Positions 27,954-32,000 of a stretch of 32,000 bases of DNA are shown here, one piece after another. The DNA lies in the NCBI RefSeq assembly GCF_000025505.1, contig NC_013849.1, positions 1,920,001 through 1,952,000 of the forward strand, written 5' to 3'. The DNA comes from Ferroglobus placidus DSM 10642. Lineage in GTDB: Archaea; Halobacteriota; Archaeoglobi; Archaeoglobales; Archaeoglobaceae. The notes under the pieces were generated by a model, which saw only the letters and a program-made list of their open reading frames with translations, made no database searches and had not been told where the DNA came from. Made by a program: the position numbers and the translations under genes. Position 1 is the stretch's first letter; the number at the start of each line of letters is the position of its first letter.

Positions 27954-28790
27954 ATGAAAGCAAAGGACGTTATGACGGAAGATGTCATATTCATCGAGCT
28001 CCCCAACACGAGGGACAAGGTAATAGAACTCTTCAAAAAGCACGGAATCTCGGCTGTTCCGGTGGTTAAAGACGGAAAGCTCGTCGGAATTATTACAAGG
28101 AAGGATATACTGAGAAAGGTTGAAGAGGATCAGGTGGCTTTTCTCATGACTCCGAATCCCACGACAGTCACCCCCGACACAGATTTAAAAGAAGTGGCGA
28201 GGATATTGCTCGACACTCATTTCAGAAGGCTTCCCGTCGTGGAGAACGGAAAACTCGTCGGAATAATTACCGTAAGAGATATTATAGAGAAGATCAGCGA
28301 AATGGGGATAGATAAGCCGGTTAAAGATTTCGTAAATCCCAACGCCGTCTGCGTTTGGCAGGAAACGCCTTTAAACGTTGCCGGAGAAATTATGAGGCTT
28401 GCAAACGTTGAATTCTGTCCGGTTCTCGACGACAACGCTTCTATCGTCGGAGTCATAGATGAGAAAATTCTTTTGACGGAAACTCTGATAGAGGAGTTTC
28501 TCGAATCAACTCAGTACTCCTCTTCCAGCGACTTCGACGACGCTTGGAGCTGGGAATCGATAAGGGACTACAGCGTGAAGTATTTCGAGGTGAGCGTTTT
28601 AAAGCTTCCAAAGGAGCCAGCCAAGAAGTTTATGAAAAAGGCTGTATTCGTTTATCCTCAAACCTCCGTGAGCAAAGCTGCTAAGGAGATGGTGAGGAAC
28701 GATCTCGACTTCATTCCGGTGATAGATGCCAACGGAAGAGTTGTCGGAATTCTGCCAGACAAGAACCTTTTGAGAGTTCTCGTGGAATGA
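27954..28790 (+). CDS. CBS domain protein (four CBS motifs)
   Basis: KAKDVMTEDVIFIELPNTRDKVIELFKKHGISAVPVVKDGKLVGIITRKDIL...LMTPNPTTVTPDTDLKEVARILLDTHFRRLPVVENGKLVGIITVRDII and two further repeats; TATA-like ttatata at ~27923. Confidence 0.88.
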   Translation: MKAKDVMTEDVIFIELPNTRDKVIELFKKHGISAVPVVKDGKLVGIITRKDILRKVEEDQVAFLMTPNPTTVTPDTDLKEVARILLDTHFRRLPVVENGKLVGIITVRDIIEKISEMGIDKPVKDFVNPNAVCVWQETPLNVAGEIMRLANVEFCPVLDDNASIVGVIDEKILLTETLIEEFLESTQYSSSSDFDDAWSWESIRDYSVKYFEVSVLKLPKEPAKKFMKKAVFVYPQTSVSKAAKEMVRNDLDFIPVIDANGRVVGILPDKNLLRVLVE

Positions 28791-29410
28791 GAAGCAAGAG
28801 TGAAATCAGGGAAGAGGTTTGGAGGAAAATAGAGAAATTTTCCAAATTCCCTCCCCCAAGGGGTAGAATCCCAAACTTTGTTGGGGCTGAAAAAGCCTGC
28901 GAAAAGCTTAGAGAATTGAAAGAGTACAGAGAAGCGAAGGTCGTATTCGTCGCTCCGGATTCTCCTTTACTCAGGGCGAGGCAAATAGTTCTCGAAGACG
29001 GCAAGATCTTAGTCGTTCCAAAACCGAGATTTGCTGGAATAATAGTCGTGGACAAGAAGATAAATCCGACGATCTCCAACATGATGAAGTTTGGAAGGGA
29101 AGTTGACATAGAAGAATTAAAGATGATCGGTAAGGTGGACGTTTTCGTTCAGGGGTGCGTTGCGGTCGACTTAAACGGGAACAGGATAGGAAAGGGAACA
29201 GGATACGGGGACAGGGAATACCACTTTCTAAAGGAGAACGGTCTCATCGAAAATGCTCTCTACGCTGTAGTTTGCCACGAAATCCAAATTTACGAGGACT
29301 TCTCCCATTTAGCTGAAGAGCACGACGTTAAGTGCGACGTAATCTTAACTCCAGAAAGGATCCTCTGGACGAAAGAAGCTCTAAGACGTGGTAAATCACC
29401 TCGTCCTTAA
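28787..29410 (+). CDS. 5-formyltetrahydrofolate cyclo-ligase family protein
   Basis: SEIREEVWRKIEKFSKFPPPRGRIPNFVGAEKACEKL...VDVFVQGCVAVDLNGNRIGKGTGYGDREYHFL...CDVILTPERILWT. Confidence 0.83.
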   Translation: MRSKSEIREEVWRKIEKFSKFPPPRGRIPNFVGAEKACEKLRELKEYREAKVVFVAPDSPLLRARQIVLEDGKILVVPKPRFAGIIVVDKKINPTISNMMKFGREVDIEELKMIGKVDVFVQGCVAVDLNGNRIGKGTGYGDREYHFLKENGLIENALYAVVCHEIQIYEDFSHLAEEHDVKCDVILTPERILWTKEALRRGKSPRP

Positions 29411-29942
29411 CTTCTTCCAAGCTTTTCGAAGCGTCGACAACTCTTATTTCCGGTCGCTTGATGGATAAGAAGATCTCCCGAACCTTTTTAAGGTATTCGA
29501 GCTCCTCGAAGGGCGTCAGCTTCTTCCTGTTTTTTATCCTTTTTAACGCAATCTCAGGCTCTACGTCGAGAATGATCGTCAAGTCCGGAACAGGAGCGAT
29601 GCTTTCGTTCACTTTCAGAATCTCCTCCGGATCTAAACCTCTCGCCCCTTGATATGCGACGCTCGAATAGTAGTATCTGTCCATTATAACCGAAATGCCC
29701 TTGTTCAAAGCGGGAAGGATGTTCTTCTCGACGTCCTCCTTTCTGTCGAGGATGAAGAGTTCGAGCTCTTTCTCTGGATCGAACCTTTTTTCAGACTCTT
29801 TTATAATTTTTCCGTACTTTCCCTCGGTCGGCTCCTTTAAGACTATCGCCGGAATTCCGAGTTTGAGAAGTTCTTCTCTTACGAAGTTCGCTATCGTCGT
29901 TTTTCCAGCACCGTCAATTCCCTCAACAGCTATCAGGTACAC
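29328..29942 (-). CDS. tmk: Thymidylate kinase
   Basis: LIAVEGIDGAGKTTIANFVREELLKLGIPAIVLKEPTEGKYGKII...DRYYYSSVAYQGARG...TIILDVEPEIALKRI. Confidence 0.92.
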   Translation of the reverse strand: MYLIAVEGIDGAGKTTIANFVREELLKLGIPAIVLKEPTEGKYGKIIKESEKRFDPEKELELFILDRKEDVEKNILPALNKGISVIMDRYYYSSVAYQGARGLDPEEILKVNESIAPVPDLTIILDVEPEIALKRIKNRKKLTPFEELEYLKKVREIFLSIKRPEIRVVDASKSLEEVKDEVIYHVLELLSSRGSFLELRLRRT

Positions 29943-29979
29943 GAAAGCCAGAAATACTATCTCAAATATAACTTTTCCT

Positions 29980-30549
29980 ATGATCGAAGAAGCAATTAAA
30001 ATTGGAAAGAAGCTCGCTGCTTACGGGTTAATAGACGGTGCGAGCGGAAATTTGAGCTTTAGAAAAGGTGGAAAAATAGTAATAACGAAAACCGGAGTTG
30101 TTCTGGACGAGTTAACGGAAGAGGACTTCGTTGAAGTGGAAATCGGAAAGAAGGAGGATGAGGCTTCTTCGGATTTGTACGTGCACGAGAGAATTTACGA
30201 AGAAACCGACTATAAAGCTGTTCTCCACTGCCACGGAGTTTACGGAGTTACTCTCTCCTTATTCTTCGACGAGATAATCCCCTTAGATCTGGAAGGAAAA
30301 ATGTTTATTGGCAATCTTAAAATCGTTGAGGGAAGATTTGGCTCCCCCTCCTTAGCTGAGAAAATTGCGAAAAGTGTTAAAGAGAAGGGAATATGCTTGG
30401 TTAGAGGACACGGCATTTATGCAGCTGGCGAGAATTTTGACGAAGCTTTCAAACTTGCAAGCTATTTAGAGCATTCCTGCCAAATCCTCTTCAACTACGA
30501 GGTTTTCCGTAGAGTTCTTGCAAATCCTTACCACGCTTGTAGGCAGTGA
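29980..30549 (+). CDS. Class II aldolase/adducin family protein (fuculose-1-phosphate aldolase-like)
   Basis: MIEEAIKIGKKLAAYGLIDGASGNLSFRKGGKIVITKTGVVLDELTEEDFVEVE...ASSDLYVHERIYEETDYKAVLHCHGVYGVTLS...LVRGHGIYAAGENFDEAF. Confidence 0.88.
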   Translation: MIEEAIKIGKKLAAYGLIDGASGNLSFRKGGKIVITKTGVVLDELTEEDFVEVEIGKKEDEASSDLYVHERIYEETDYKAVLHCHGVYGVTLSLFFDEIIPLDLEGKMFIGNLKIVEGRFGSPSLAEKIAKSVKEKGICLVRGHGIYAAGENFDEAFKLASYLEHSCQILFNYEVFRRVLANPYHACRQ

Positions 30550-30685
30550 GGGAAACGTAAACCCCAAGGAGGAATAATAAGACTGTTAAATACCACATTC
30601 CGAAAAGAAGAGGGAAAGGAGAAACCGCTACGAGCAGAATTCCGAGGAGAAACATTGAAATTATCGAAGCGAACTCCTCTCTCAT
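30491..30685 (-). CDS. Small membrane protein, 64 aa
   Basis: Two hydrophobic segments FASIISMFLLGILLVAVSPFPLLFGMWYLTVLLFLLGVYVSLTAY; overlaps aldolase 3' end. Confidence 0.6.
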   Translation of the reverse strand: MREEFASIISMFLLGILLVAVSPFPLLFGMWYLTVLLFLLGVYVSLTAYKRGKDLQELYGKPRS

Positions 30686-30736
30686 GCTTTACCCTCGGCA
30701 GAAGAAGTTATTAACCTTTTTATCGAATAGTAGGTC

Positions 30737-31858
30737 ATGAAGATCGTTCACATCTCAGACTTACACTTCGGAGAAGAGCTCGTGAGGAGTAAAGTTGAGA
30801 AGGCTATTAAGCAGATAAACGAAATCGAGCCGGATCTCGTTGTGGTCACTGGAGACTTAAGCTGCTGGGGAATTCACAGCGAATTGAGAGAGGCTTACGA
30901 AGCTCTTGAAAAATTAAAGAGCGATTACTTCGTAGTTCCCGGAAATCACGATGCGAGAAACAACGGAATTGAGTTCTTCGAACTCTACTTTGGCGAGAGG
31001 AAGAAAATTTACAAGGACAGCGAGGTAGTGATAATAGGAGTCGACAGCACCCAGCCGGACATAGACGACGGATACATAGGATTCGAGCAGAGGAGGTGGA
31101 TAGAGGAGAACTTCAGAAAGGATAGGATTAACGTGCTCGCTTTGCACCACCACATAGTTCCAATCCCGGACACCGGAAGAGAGAGAAACGTTCTGATAGA
31201 CGCTGGAGAGGTCGTTGAGATGCTGATAAACCTCGGGTTTGCGTTGGTTTTAGCCGGACACAGGCACATGCCCTACTCAATTAGATTGATGAGGACGCAC
31301 ATAATTCACGCGGGAAGCTTGGGTTCTTTCAAAATCCTCGGCATGCCTGATCACAACTACAACGTAATAGAGCTGAGCGAAGATTACGTGAGCTTGAAGC
31401 TGAAGTTCGTCGACTACGGAGAGATAGACGTCGGAAGATACCAGATAAAAACTGAAGCTCCAGAGTCCGTGGCTATCTACAGGAAAGTTGGAAGACCCAA
31501 AAGGGTTCTCTTCGTTAGCAAAGATGGAGATGCGAGAGTTCAAATGGCTGAGGCATTGTTCAACAAGCTCTCTCCATACAACATGCTCGCTGAAGGGGCT
31601 GGAGTTGATGAGGTGAGCGAAGAGGATAAGGTCGCCAGAGAGGTATTAAATGAGATCGGAGTCGAAATGATATGGAGGAAGAAGAAAATCGACGAGAGGG
31701 ATCTGAAGAACTTCGATTACGTTGTAGAATTCGATGAGCTTGGGTTGGGAGAGACGTGGAAAATCGAGGTTCCAAAAAGCAGAGAAGATTACAGAAGGGT
31801 GAGGGAAGAAATTAGAAGAAAAGTTAACGAGCTCATATCACAGCTCATCGCGATGTAG
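30737..31858 (+). CDS. Calcineurin-like metallophosphoesterase fused to a Cys-less LMW-PTP/ArsC-like domain
   Basis: N-term MKIVHISDLHFG...VVVTGDLSCWG...VVPGNHDARNNG...LALHHHIVPIP...LVLAGHRH; C-term KRVLFVSKDGDARVQMAEALFNKLSPYNMLAEGAGV...VAREVLNEIGVEM...KNFDYVVEFDE. Confidence 0.82.
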   Translation: MKIVHISDLHFGEELVRSKVEKAIKQINEIEPDLVVVTGDLSCWGIHSELREAYEALEKLKSDYFVVPGNHDARNNGIEFFELYFGERKKIYKDSEVVIIGVDSTQPDIDDGYIGFEQRRWIEENFRKDRINVLALHHHIVPIPDTGRERNVLIDAGEVVEMLINLGFALVLAGHRHMPYSIRLMRTHIIHAGSLGSFKILGMPDHNYNVIELSEDYVSLKLKFVDYGEIDVGRYQIKTEAPESVAIYRKVGRPKRVLFVSKDGDARVQMAEALFNKLSPYNMLAEGAGVDEVSEEDKVAREVLNEIGVEMIWRKKKIDERDLKNFDYVVEFDELGLGETWKIEVPKSREDYRRVREEIRRKVNELISQLIAM

Positions 31859-31859
31859 C

Positions 31860-32000
31860 ATGAGAACTCTTTTAATCTTTTTGGTTGTTTTGGCGATAAT
31901 CTTCTCTGGATGCGTCGAAGAGAGAAAGAAGGTAGTGTGGGACGTAGATCACAAGCCGGTTTTTCCACCTTCTCATTACTCGAAGCTGATAAGCCAGTTT
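31860..32000 (+). CDS. Putative lipoprotein, 5' part only
   Basis: MRTLLIFLVVLAIIFSGCVEERKKVVWDVDHKPVFPPSHYSKLISQF...; signal peptide with lipobox-like FSGC; open to window edge. Confidence 0.7.
   Translation, partial: MRTLLIFLVVLAIIFSGCVEERKKVVWDVDHKPVFPPSHYSKLISQF

Overview
The window looks like an ordinary, gene-dense euryarchaeal chromosome segment, probably from the Archaeoglobales (inferred from gene content and order; not verified). Housekeeping genes include rpo7/spt4/dephospho-CoA kinase/S24e/S27ae/kae1/bud32, purM, argB, trm10, kptA, thiL, engB, sec61-beta, tmk and tRNA-Leu(UAG). I see no CRISPR array, IS element, phage or defence island. The strongest unusual signal is in the 230-bp gap upstream of the archaeal aromatic amino acid operon (ADH synthase - DHQ synthase II - aroD - TyrA/chorismate mutase/PheA fusion). 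A TATA-like box sits about 27 nt before the ATG of a 27-aa open frame, MLARSDGNLAFRHFFWFTFSFSYRYSF*, which has 7 Phe, 2 Tyr and 1 Trp in its last 17 residues. Competing hairpins and a strong Shine-Dalgarno in front of the first aro gene follow it. This looks like a candidate leader-peptide (ribosome-sensing) attenuation system in an archaeon. Other points of interest: a metallophosphoesterase fused to a Cys-less LMW-phosphatase/ArsC-like domain, three apparent frameshifts (one at a 9-nt homopolymer, one in a PGF-CTERM-like surface protein gene), an archaeal SpoVG homolog, inverted repeats bracketing a TATA box at a divergent sulfite reductase / TauE promoter, and a MoaD/ThiS-like protein ending in GGN. 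All family calls come from reading the sequence, with no database search.
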